Notes under the pieces: generated by a model | Told to the model about the DNA's origin: nothing | What the model saw: only the letters and a program-made list of their open reading frames with translations | Database searches by the model: none | Source: an uncultured virus (IMG/VR IMGVR_UViG_3300025138_000031) | Taxonomy: Duplodnaviria > Heunggongvirae > Uroviricota > Caudoviricetes | Direction: 5' to 3' (one strand) | DNA: 64,000 nucleotides | IMG/VR virus record: IMGVR_UViG_3300025138_000031 | Position numbers and translations under genes: made by a program | Shown: piece after piece, positions 10,901-19,120 of the stretch | How the letters are laid out: each line of letters starts with the position of its first letter | Numbering within the stretch: position 1 is the stretch's first letter

Positions 10901-12725
10901 TAATGGTCAAATTGACGGTAGAACAAGTGGTAATGGATTAAGTGGTTCTATGGATGCTACTGCAAATCAAAGTGGTAACACTACATTTACAGTAACTTCA
11001 AACGCAACAACTGCTGCAACAGCAAGTACTATTGCTTATAGAGATTCATCAGCAGATCTTAATGTTAGATTACTTAGAGCTAATTACGGAGATCAAAGTA
11101 CTATATCTGGAGCAATGGCTTTTAGAGTTAATAGTGGTTCTGATAACTACACACGTTATTGTAACAGTCCTTCTGCTATTAGAACTTTTATAGGAGCAGC
11201 TTCAAGCTCAGTTGTTTCAGGTGTTACAAGTGTAGCCACTGGTAACGGAATATCAGGTGGAACAATAACTTCAACAGGTACTTTAACTGTTAGTGCAGGA
11301 GATGGTTTAAGTCAATCAACTACAGGATTATTAGTTGACTACCTTGGTACAAATAATATTATTTTATCTGCACCTAGTACAGCCACAGGCACATTAGGTA
11401 CTTCAGATCAAATATTGGTTAGTGCCAACTCAACAAATAACATTGTTAAATCAACAATAAGTAATTTACCATTTACAAATAATGCAGGTGATATAACAGC
11501 AGTAGTAGCAGGAAATAAATTAACAGGTGGTGGAACATCTGGTTCAGTAACATTAGGTTTAGCAAGTAATAACATTTCACAGTGGAGTAATAATAGTGGT
11601 TACACTACAAATACTGGAACAGTTACAAGTATAAAAGTTACAACTAATGGTACTGCATTAGGTCTATCTAATAGTGTATCAACAAGTGGAACTTGTACTT
11701 TACCTTGGGCTGGTACTTCTACTCAATATGTAACAGGTAATGGTGCTTTAAAATCATTTCCATCAATACCAGCTGGTGCAAATAATGCTACTATAACTTT
11801 AGCTGCTGGAACAGGATTAACTGGTGGTGGTAGTTTTACTGTAAATCAATCTGGTAATCAAACTATAACCTTTAATGCTTCAGGTGGAGGAGGAACTGGT
11901 AATGTATCTAATACAGGAACCCCTCTTAATGATCAACTGGCTGTATGGACAAATTCAACTACTATTGAAGGAACAGCAAATTTAACATTTAAAAGCGGGG
12001 AGTTAGCTGTAAATGGAATAGTATCAGTAAAAGAATCTTTAAGCTCTATAGGGACTCTTTATTTAGGTGCAAATAGCAGTAGTATATATTTAAGACCTAA
12101 AGGTTATTCCACTACAACTAATGAAGCTGAATTAGATGTTAATGGTCAATGGGACTGGTCTGCATATAGTGCATCTTCAGTTGCTACAAGTGGTAGTATA
12201 AATGCAAACCAAAACTTCCAAGCTCCAACTCAAGACACATTAGCAAGTGTATGTGTTGATCCAAGTGGTAATGTTGTTAGAGGATCACAAGAAGCAACTT
12301 GGACATTTTCAAAAGCATTCCTTAATGGAACTTTAAGTAACACTTTAATATCAGCTCCAGGAGCAGGTAAATATATTGTAGTAGAAGAATCAATCTGGAA
12401 AGTAACACATGCAGGAGGTGGAACATCAAAAGGACATAAAAATCCTGAACTTATAGTTAGACAAGTATTTAGTTCTAGTTTTGATGTAGTTACAAAAATA
12501 CCAGGTGCAAATATTGATGCTATTCAAAATTTAAATGCTGCTGCTGGGTCAGGATTATATGGTAGAGATGTTCCGGCTGCTTCTGTTAGTGCAAGAATGT
12601 ACAAACCTAATACAGCTACAACATTACATAAAAATAGTGCAGGGTCAGGAACTCAAATGGATGTTAATATAGTATCTGTTTCATTAAAAATGAAATATAG
12701 AATTTTAAGTGACTCTACCTTTTAG
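7917..12725 (+). CDS. Long tail fibre protein 2 (1602 aa)
   Basis: GTVTSV, DAANKTYVD, VDAYGRVT, DLDGRY and GTWNASTNSP motifs; internal duplications. Confidence 0.85.
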   Translation: MAIEFKKGISVDGNSSITGTVSVSSVTSDNSTYTGIMVWDGGVLKYRTKSQILSDIGATSNTGTVTSVTVQGTTGLSGSGTVTTSGTITLTNSDRGSSQAIYKNIATQSGTATANSNNDTLTITGTGGTTTSRSGDTITINSTDNNDNYYVSSVSFNTGNGVLTLNRHNTTSLTVDLDGRYLELSGGTMSGSIAMGNNSITGVNEIQANGDLKLNTSTGEHAVYGAANAQTMIYHNGVKKFETASNGVSIIGNIDLTPSSSDISMIDNSGAALEVKQGSDLYMRFITTNGGEHIEVNKNMEIQGLTATSATFSSTVTVSNGQIVLNGTGRIQGVDTVSSGTDAANKTYVDNAVAGVPQGTVTSIKATTDGNSLGLSGAVTSIGTLTLPWQGSTSQYVRGDGSLSTFPAIPSVGNGTLTMTTSTGLDGGTTFTANQSGNSTFAVTLDLSEITLSAGLDAGATSLSLDLSEFTDMTAAMNTNDEFIVLDSSAERRKRAGEIGLSIFSNDSGFITSSSLPTVNNATITIAAGTNLTTGGNFTTNQGSNETITINMATGGVGAGTYGSTSNSTKIDNITVDAYGRVTGVSTGATGQVNTVSAGNANTIQVSGTTGVTVTANTGTVSSSSSNLATGAQIQTAINTAITGVLKYDGTWNASTNSPALSSGSGTVGEYYIVSVAGSTNLDGITDWAVGDWAVFSDQATDAWQKIDNTQVGNVTGSGSNTRLAVWNSNSNITSDSDFTTSGTRLIATQLAAGDGTDGYFYSDSAGRTAFTAGDFYIQSGVSNYYNYATNIYLGNTSGDNVRFRGNPLTGDNWGIAATGIMTAPGGNSQEWNAAYDNHITGISDSGSSTITITLTQNDGGTYSTSFSNPQGTTTPSNTQTFTNKSGNISQWTNNSGYITSSSLPTVNNPTVTVTTASGLDGGTSFTLNQSSNKTIALSLDLSELTDMTATMTGTDEFIVLDSGAERRKAASEIGNSIFSNTAGYITSASLPSVGNGQIDGRTSGNGLSGSMDATANQSGNTTFTVTSNATTAATASTIAYRDSSADLNVRLLRANYGDQSTISGAMAFRVNSGSDNYTRYCNSPSAIRTFIGAASSSVVSGVTSVATGNGISGGTITSTGTLTVSAGDGLSQSTTGLLVDYLGTNNIILSAPSTATGTLGTSDQILVSANSTNNIVKSTISNLPFTNNAGDITAVVAGNKLTGGGTSGSVTLGLASNNISQWSNNSGYTTNTGTVTSIKVTTNGTALGLSNSVSTSGTCTLPWAGTSTQYVTGNGALKSFPSIPAGANNATITLAAGTGLTGGGSFTVNQSGNQTITFNASGGGGTGNVSNTGTPLNDQLAVWTNSTTIEGTANLTFKSGELAVNGIVSVKESLSSIGTLYLGANSSSIYLRPKGYSTTTNEAELDVNGQWDWSAYSASSVATSGSINANQNFQAPTQDTLASVCVDPSGNVVRGSQEATWTFSKAFLNGTLSNTLISAPGAGKYIVVEESIWKVTHAGGGTSKGHKNPELIVRQVFSSSFDVVTKIPGANIDAIQNLNAAAGSGLYGRDVPAASVSARMYKPNTATTLHKNSAGSGTQMDVNIVSVSLKMKYRILSDSTF
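8991..11771 (+). repeat. Dispersed internal duplications in the tail fibre gene
   Basis: GTVTSIK..LPW.G..QYV.G.G.L..FP.IP at about 8991-9146 and 11616-11771; LSLDLSE.TDMTA.M...DEFIVLDS.AERRK at about 9300-9480 and 10728-10907; NISQW.NNSGY twice. Confidence 0.85.
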
Positions 12726-12739
12726 TAAATAAAATAATT

Positions 12740-13204
12740 ATGGCACAGAAAAAAACAAAGGCTAAAAAGAATACTAGAAAAAGAAAACCAGCCAAAACTA
12801 CAATTGTTAATTTAAAAAACAATGTAGAAGAAAAACTTAGAGAACTAAGAAAGAAAGAAAAACCTTTTATAAGGTACAGTTTTCATATCAACTCTATTAA
12901 AGTAGATGCTAATAATATATTAGAAGAGGTGATATATGATTATAGAGGTGTCTTAGTAATACCTAAATCACAAAAAGATAACTATAAACCAGGTAATGTT
13001 TCTGTAACTGGTGTATACATTTTATCTAATGGATTAAAGTGGAATGGATCTAATAAAGATATGAGTAAAGTTAGTAAATCAGATGTTATAAATCTATTAA
13101 AAGATAACATTAGAGAAGGTTATATAGACTCAATGAAACAAACAATTGAGAAAGAGTTAATGCCAGAGTTTAAAATTATAAATGATCTTCCTTGGAAATA
13201 TTAA
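12740..13204 (+). CDS. Hypothetical protein, possible fibre assembly factor
   Basis: Basic N-terminus, C-terminal LPW motif; directly follows the fibre gene. Confidence 0.4.
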   Translation: MAQKKTKAKKNTRKRKPAKTTIVNLKNNVEEKLRELRKKEKPFIRYSFHINSIKVDANNILEEVIYDYRGVLVIPKSQKDNYKPGNVSVTGVYILSNGLKWNGSNKDMSKVSKSDVINLLKDNIREGYIDSMKQTIEKELMPEFKIINDLPWKY

Positions 13205-13221
13205 ATATTTCATTATCTTTG
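13192..13221 (+). promoter_or_regulatory. Bacteroidota sigma70-type promoter
   Basis: TTG (13192-13194), 19-nt spacer, TATCTTTG (13214-13221); matches the TTG-N19-TAnnTTTG Flavobacterium consensus. Confidence 0.75.
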
Positions 13222-13252
13222 TAAATAATAATTATTAAAAACCAATATTAAG

Positions 13253-13522
13253 ATGGCAAAATCAAAATCAAAAAAGGTTACATCAAAAGAACTAGAAACA
13301 ATTAAAGATTTACAACAAAAAATCAATACAGTATTAATGAATATAGGTAATGCAAGTATTGTAAAAAATCAATTAATTGAAAGTCATGTTAAGTTACAAT
13401 CTGAATGGAAAGCAGGAACTGAGAAGCTTGAAAAGAAATATGGTAATGTAAACATTAGTTTAGAAGATGGATCTATTAGTCCTTTAGAAGCAAAAGAAGA
13501 AGTACCTGCAGTTACTGCATAA
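13253..13522 (+). CDS. Small coiled-coil protein (possible fibre chaperone)
   Basis: 89 aa, helical, LEKKYGNVNISLEDG motif. Confidence 0.5.
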   Translation: MAKSKSKKVTSKELETIKDLQQKINTVLMNIGNASIVKNQLIESHVKLQSEWKAGTEKLEKKYGNVNISLEDGSISPLEAKEEVPAVTA

Positions 13523-13541
13523 TTTCTTTCCATACTTGTTT

Positions 13542-13594
13542 TATAAAATTTTTTAAAACCAGCATTAACTTGTTTGGTTTTAAAAAATTTTGTA
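13542..13594. repeat. 21-bp inverted repeat / hairpin
   Basis: TATAAAATTTTTTAAAACCAG, 11-nt loop, TTGGTTTTAAAAAATTTTGTA (two G-T pairs). Confidence 0.8.
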
Positions 13595-13640
13595 TATTAT
13601 AATTGTATAGTTTACCAGAGAGCAGTACATTATAGTAAAA
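13592..13640 (+). promoter_or_regulatory. GTATATTA motif plus AGCAGTACAT leader element
   Basis: Both elements recur together at 60316-60350. Confidence 0.5.
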
Positions 13641-13649
13641 TAAACATTT

Positions 13650-15869
13650 ATGATTCCAACAAATTCAAGCGGCACCACAAATGGGTGTGATAATATATCA
13701 TCTAATTGTGTAGTATGGCAAGGTCCTGATATTGCATGTATAAATTTATGTAGTGGAGATACTATTAGTGAAGTAACATCTAAAATTGCTACTAAGGTAT
13801 GTGACATAATTACAAATGGAGTATCAGCTAATCCAAGTTTAGCAGGATTAGATCTTACATGTTTAAATATCAGTGGCACTACCCCAACAACTTTAGTTCC
13901 TGTTTTACAGGAAATGGTAAATGCTATTTGTTCAAATAGTGGTACTACTAGAAGTTCTTTAACTCCTAGATCTCAAGTACAAGATGATTTACCAACTATG
14001 ACATTACCTGCATGTTTGCAGTATAATGATGCTAATGGTAACCCAGTAACAGAATTACGTTTAGATTTATTTGCATCACTTATTGCAAATCAAGTATGTA
14101 CTAACTTAGCTAGTATTAACTTAATTAATTCTACACTTACAAGTTACAGTAATAGACTAGATGTATTAGAAGCATGTGTATTACCATGTTCAGGTGCAGT
14201 AACTGAAGTACAAATTATACCAACTTGCGTTAGTAATGTTGGTAATTTAACAAATGTATCTATTGTTGTTTCAGCATTAGAGAGTGCATATTGCACATTA
14301 GTAGGAGGAACTGGTACAGTTGCTCAAATGAATTTAGCAATAGCACAAACTTCAATAACTAGTGCTTCTCCAACAAGAAATAATTCAGGTGCTACATATA
14401 GTAGCATAACTGGTTGGCAAACATCTGCAACTACATTAGCTCAATCATTACAAAATGCTTGGGTAGTGATAGATGATTTATATGCAGCAGTGGGAGATAT
14501 ACAAACAAATTGTTGTTCAAGCGGCTGTGATTCAGTAATCTTTGGATACAGCACATCTACAACAGTAGGAGCTAATGGGCTTTTAAATTCTGTTAACTTT
14601 AATTTTATTGGATCAACTATACCAAGTTCATTTAATGATAGTGCAGGATTTAGTAAACTTACTTTAACAGATGCATTAGGGGCTTCATTAACACAAGTAG
14701 TCAGCGTTTCATCTTTACAAAATAATTCAAATGGTTTTGACTTTTCAACTGGTAGTTTAAATACTCAACAAGACTTATCAATACAAGTTCAATTTAGTGT
14801 TACTAATGGTGTAGATACTTGTGAGGCAACTCAAAGTAATACAGTACCAGGTGTAGTACCATGCCCAACAGTAAGTATGACAGCAATAACTGGTACAGAA
14901 GCAACAGTAAACTTTACTAACCCAATAGGAACTACTGCAGTTTATGTACTTGATGTATTAGATGCATCAAATGCAGTAATTGCTACACATACAGTAAATA
15001 ATCCATCAGCTAGTGTATCATATCAATTTACAGGCTTGACTCCTGGTACTCCTTATGTTATAAGAGTAACAGTACAATATGGTGGTGCAACAAAAGTATG
15101 CCCATCAAATGCATTTTCTACAAGTTCAGGTGCAGCACCATGTACAAATGGAATGGATGTAGCATTTATAATTGACTATACATCAAGTATGTCTGGTGAA
15201 ATTGAAGCAATTAAAACAGGTGTAGCAAGTATTATAAATACTATTAACACTGCTTCAGGAGCTAATAACTATAGATTAGGATTAGTTACAGCAGATGAGA
15301 ATAATACTGGAACACCAACTTATGCTACATCAACTGATTACTTAGCATTACCATCAGCACAAAGAATTATAAACACAGGATCTAATAATCATTATCAAAT
15401 TATTACAGCATGGGAAATGTTCCAAGATAATAATGATACAACATTTACTGCACAATTAAATAAACTTAATAGTGGAACAGCTCCATCTGGTGTACCAATG
15501 GGACAAGGAGATGGTTTACCAGAACCAACAGATATGGCACTTGGTCAAGTTATTGAATCTAGCAATTTCTTAAATGCATTTAGAAATAATGTAGCTAAGT
15601 ATGCTATAATTATAACAGATGATGCAGCAGGAGGAGATGATGATACTTTCAACTCAGTAGACTATGCAAGAATTGGAAGTTTAACAACTACAGCATTAAA
15701 CAATGGAATTAAAGTATTTGTACTTGGTGCAGGTGTTAATAAAACTTATAATGGTGGTTCAGGTATAGTATATCCATGGAGAGAATTATCAACTAATACT
15801 GGAGGTAACTGGAATGTAAGTGAATCTCCAACGGCAATACAGAATGAAATAATTGCTGGTTGCTCTTAA
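13650..15869 (+). CDS. Cys-rich structural protein with FN3 and C-terminal VWA domain
   Basis: FTGLTPGTPYVIRV (FN3); DVAFIIDYTSSM MIDAS-like motif at about 15174, RLGLVT, IIITDD, IKVFVLG (VWA). Confidence 0.8.
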   Translation: MIPTNSSGTTNGCDNISSNCVVWQGPDIACINLCSGDTISEVTSKIATKVCDIITNGVSANPSLAGLDLTCLNISGTTPTTLVPVLQEMVNAICSNSGTTRSSLTPRSQVQDDLPTMTLPACLQYNDANGNPVTELRLDLFASLIANQVCTNLASINLINSTLTSYSNRLDVLEACVLPCSGAVTEVQIIPTCVSNVGNLTNVSIVVSALESAYCTLVGGTGTVAQMNLAIAQTSITSASPTRNNSGATYSSITGWQTSATTLAQSLQNAWVVIDDLYAAVGDIQTNCCSSGCDSVIFGYSTSTTVGANGLLNSVNFNFIGSTIPSSFNDSAGFSKLTLTDALGASLTQVVSVSSLQNNSNGFDFSTGSLNTQQDLSIQVQFSVTNGVDTCEATQSNTVPGVVPCPTVSMTAITGTEATVNFTNPIGTTAVYVLDVLDASNAVIATHTVNNPSASVSYQFTGLTPGTPYVIRVTVQYGGATKVCPSNAFSTSSGAAPCTNGMDVAFIIDYTSSMSGEIEAIKTGVASIINTINTASGANNYRLGLVTADENNTGTPTYATSTDYLALPSAQRIINTGSNNHYQIITAWEMFQDNNDTTFTAQLNKLNSGTAPSGVPMGQGDGLPEPTDMALGQVIESSNFLNAFRNNVAKYAIIITDDAAGGDDDTFNSVDYARIGSLTTTALNNGIKVFVLGAGVNKTYNGGSGIVYPWRELSTNTGGNWNVSESPTAIQNEIIAGCS

Positions 15870-15886
15870 AATAAAAAAGAAAAAAA

Positions 15887-16453
15887 ATGGCATGTAATTG
15901 TACAAAATGTGATCAAAAATGTGGATGTAGTGATACAGCTCTAACTAACCCATGTACTTATACTGATTGTAGTGTAGGTAGTGAAAGATGTACAGATATT
16001 CAATGTGCTGAATGTGTTAGTTATTGTGGGACTTCATTTCAAATAGGAGACGCAAATGCTAGAATAACAATTCAATCTGGAGAAAGACTAGATTCTATTA
16101 TTCAAAAATATGCTATGATCTTAGCAAACGGATTAGGTGCTTGTACATCAAATGATGTTCAACATGATCCATATAATGTATATGCAGGTGTAATTACAAG
16201 CAGTACAGTAAATGTTTTATGGAATGGTATATGGAGTTCTAGTACAGGTTTTAATATATACATAGACACAGTAATAGCACCTTCTGGATGGGGTACTCCA
16301 GTAAATGGAGGAACTCCTATTGTAACAACTATAAGTAATTATACTATATCAAACTTATTGGCTAGTACAGCTTATAAAGTAAAGGTAGTAGATAATGGTA
16401 ATTCTGCAGCGTGTAAACCTCTAGAAATATTGTTTACTACTCTAGCAACATAA
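15887..16453 (+). CDS. Cys-rich protein with C-terminal FN3 domain
   Basis: 11 Cys in the first 47 aa; VLW..FNIY..NLLASTAYKVKV FN3 pattern. Confidence 0.7.
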   Translation: MACNCTKCDQKCGCSDTALTNPCTYTDCSVGSERCTDIQCAECVSYCGTSFQIGDANARITIQSGERLDSIIQKYAMILANGLGACTSNDVQHDPYNVYAGVITSSTVNVLWNGIWSSSTGFNIYIDTVIAPSGWGTPVNGGTPIVTTISNYTISNLLASTAYKVKVVDNGNSAACKPLEILFTTLAT

Positions 16454-16503
16454 TACAACAACAGCAAGTAGTGGTTTGTTGGTTTTCTACTGCAAACGTT
16501 GGG

Positions 16504-16538
16504 AGAGACTGGGTTTATATCCGGTCTCTTTTTTTTTT
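16504..16538 (+). terminator. Rho-independent terminator
   Basis: AGAGACTGG..CCGGTCTCT followed by a T-run. Confidence 0.85.
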
Positions 16539-16567
16539 GTATCTTTAGCCCAAAATAATAAAAAGTT

Positions 16568-17803
16568 ATGAACAATTTAAAACAAAGGATAATTGAATCA
16601 TTTAGGTGGAAAAAACATCCACGTATATGTGCAGAAAAGCTAAATATTACTGAAAAGCAATATGTAAAATTAAAGAGGGAAATACTACAAGAAAGAAAGA
16701 AAGAAAGAAAAGAAGAAAAAGATAAAAAGAAATTCTTTACAAATGCTGAGGGAAAATGTCAGATGGTTGAGTCAATTGATCTAGAAAAGGGGGAAGGTAA
16801 AATATCAGGTACTTTTGATCATGAACCAAAATCATCAGAAGAAATTATTAAATTATTAAAGATAGACACAAACAAGTGGAAGCTATCACAGTATTGGAAT
16901 AAACAAATGGGAGACCATTGGAGAGTTTCTGCATTAGTATCACAAATTAAAAACCCAGAAAATAAATTATTTGAAGAGTTGTTAGCCAACTGGAAACCTA
17001 AAACATATAAGATCCCTAAAGTAAATTTAAAAGGAATTAAAAGTAAAGATCCATTATGTGGAGTAATGTCTTTACAAGATATACATTTTGGTAAAGAAGG
17101 TAATGATACTATAGATAAAGACTTTGAAGACACAATTAAAAATCTTATACAAAGAGCAGTACCTGTTCATTATATAGAAACTATGTATTTTGTTGTAGGA
17201 GGTGATCTAATCAACATGGATACGTTTGAGGGTAGTACCACTAGTGGGACTGTTTTAGATAACTGTATGACCGCTACAGAGGCTTACGTACAAGCATTTG
17301 ATGCTATGCATTGGGCTATAAATTATATTAAGGGTTATTGTAAAAATTTAATTATAGTATATGTTCCCGGTAATCATGATAGATTATCTTCTTATCATCT
17401 AGTTCATGCATTATCAAAGTCTATTGAGTCAGAAGAAATAACTTGGGACATAAAATATGAAGAAAGAAAAGTACATGTATGGTATAATAACTTTAATGCT
17501 TTTGAACATGGTGATAAACGTAGCAAAAACAACCCATTAATATTTGCTACAGAATATCCTAGAGAATGGGGGAGTACAACAAATAGAACTTTATTTAAAG
17601 GTCATATACATACAGATAGAAAGGTTGAATATATGACATCTAATGAGACAGCAGGTTTTGTAGAAAAAACTTTACCTAGCTTAGGAAAAGCAGATTATTA
17701 TCATTACAGCAATAAATATGTAGGTAATAGAAGATCTGGTAAATTAGAAATCCAACACCCTACAATGGGTAATATATGTGAGTTAACTTATCAAGCTCTG
17801 TAA
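16568..17803 (+). CDS. Calcineurin-like metallophosphoesterase with N-terminal extension
   Basis: All five motifs present: DIHFG, GDLIN, GNHD, EHGD, GHIH. Confidence 0.9.
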   Translation: MNNLKQRIIESFRWKKHPRICAEKLNITEKQYVKLKREILQERKKERKEEKDKKKFFTNAEGKCQMVESIDLEKGEGKISGTFDHEPKSSEEIIKLLKIDTNKWKLSQYWNKQMGDHWRVSALVSQIKNPENKLFEELLANWKPKTYKIPKVNLKGIKSKDPLCGVMSLQDIHFGKEGNDTIDKDFEDTIKNLIQRAVPVHYIETMYFVVGGDLINMDTFEGSTTSGTVLDNCMTATEAYVQAFDAMHWAINYIKGYCKNLIIVYVPGNHDRLSSYHLVHALSKSIESEEITWDIKYEERKVHVWYNNFNAFEHGDKRSKNNPLIFATEYPREWGSTTNRTLFKGHIHTDRKVEYMTSNETAGFVEKTLPSLGKADYYHYSNKYVGNRRSGKLEIQHPTMGNICELTYQAL

Positions 17804-17805
17804 AG

Positions 17806-17841
17806 ACCTTACTTTTAATTTCATAAAGTGAGGTTTTTTTT
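17806..17841 (+). terminator. Rho-independent terminator
   Basis: ACCTTACTTT / AAAGTGAGGT followed by a T-run. Confidence 0.75.
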
Positions 17842-17862
17842 GTAAATTATAAATATAACTAT

Positions 17863-18429
17863 ATGATCAACAATTTTAAAAAGCCCAATCTAAATGCTCC
17901 TAGATATAGAGAGAAAAGAATGGGGTTGCTAAATGAAGAAACAATCAGAGAGTTTAAGGATAAGAAGCCTTTATACTCTCACATAGATAATGTTAAATTA
18001 AAAAAGATAATAAAACTATATAATAAAAAACTTTGGGAAGCTGTAGTAGAAAATAGAAATGGTGTGGAGTTACCAGATTCATTAGGTTATTTATTTATAG
18101 GAACATGTAAGGCAGCAAAGACAGTAAATACAAACTATGCTTTATCAAAAGAATATGGTAAAGTATTACAGAATAAAAACTGGGAAACAGATGGTAATTT
18201 AGGTAAAATATTTTATACAAATTATTCTACTAAATATAGATTTAAAAATAGAGAGTTATGGAGATTTGTAGCTTGTAGAGACTTTAAAAGAACAGTTGCC
18301 AAAGAGTATCCTAAGAATTGGACTAAGTATGTAGTTATGAAAAATAAATATAAAGTAGCTCATTTGTATGATGAAAACTTTGAAGAAACCAACAAAGCAT
18401 TAAATTATTACAATGAATTTGAAAAATAA
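17863..18429 (+). CDS. IHF/HU-like DNA-binding protein (crAss-type)
   Basis: Basic; GVELPDSLGYLFI and WRFVACRDFKR resemble HU/IHF arm motifs; position before tail ring genes as in crAss-like phages. Confidence 0.65.
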   Translation: MINNFKKPNLNAPRYREKRMGLLNEETIREFKDKKPLYSHIDNVKLKKIIKLYNKKLWEAVVENRNGVELPDSLGYLFIGTCKAAKTVNTNYALSKEYGKVLQNKNWETDGNLGKIFYTNYSTKYRFKNRELWRFVACRDFKRTVAKEYPKNWTKYVVMKNKYKVAHLYDENFEETNKALNYYNEFEK

Positions 18430-18434
18430 ATAAC

Positions 18435-19109
18435 ATGGCAACAATTGGAGAAACAATATCTAGAATTAGAGGACAAGTTAAAGCAGAGGTTCAAGATGCT
18501 TTTGTCACTGATAGATATATTTACAGCCTAATAGAAAAACATGCACAGTTTTTAATGAGAAGACAAGACTATGCAAATAAATTATTAAAGTTTAATTCTG
18601 TTTGGAAAACATTACCATATGTAGAACTTATTGACGTAGATAAAGTAGAAGCACATTGTGCAGGTATTACAAGTGGATGTACAATAAAACGTACAAAACA
18701 CAAACTACCCTCAATGTTTGAAGGATATTGGGGACCCCTTATCCGTACTATTGGATCAATAGATGGTTCATTAGAACTACAGGCAACTCAACCAGGCACA
18801 TATACATCAATGACTAAATCATCATCTTTTAAGTATAATGATACATTGTACTTTTGGTGGTTAGATGGATATATATACTGCCCAAATATTGCATGGGATG
18901 CATTAAAAGTAGAAGGAGTATTTGACTCAGACATTACAGCTTGGGATTGTGATACAGAAAACAATTGTACACCAAGATATAAACAAGAAATATATATACC
19001 TGAAGCATTGTTTGCAGAAATTGAACAACAGGTGGTTGCTACTATGATGAATACATTGAAGGTACCTTCAGAAGACTCTGACAATAAACGTAACTTAATG
19101 AGAAATTAA
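18435..19109 (+). CDS. Tail ring/adaptor protein
   Basis: Helical N-terminus, beta middle (WWLDGYIY), IYIPEALFAEI C-terminal helix; synteny. Confidence 0.6.
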   Translation: MATIGETISRIRGQVKAEVQDAFVTDRYIYSLIEKHAQFLMRRQDYANKLLKFNSVWKTLPYVELIDVDKVEAHCAGITSGCTIKRTKHKLPSMFEGYWGPLIRTIGSIDGSLELQATQPGTYTSMTKSSSFKYNDTLYFWWLDGYIYCPNIAWDALKVEGVFDSDITAWDCDTENNCTPRYKQEIYIPEALFAEIEQQVVATMMNTLKVPSEDSDNKRNLMRN

Positions 19110-19120
19110 AATAAAAAATC

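Noticed and set aside
9300..10907. Diversity-generating retroelement TR/VR pair in the fibre gene
   Set aside because: Differences are not adenine-specific, both copies are in-frame coding, and no reverse transcriptase is in the window
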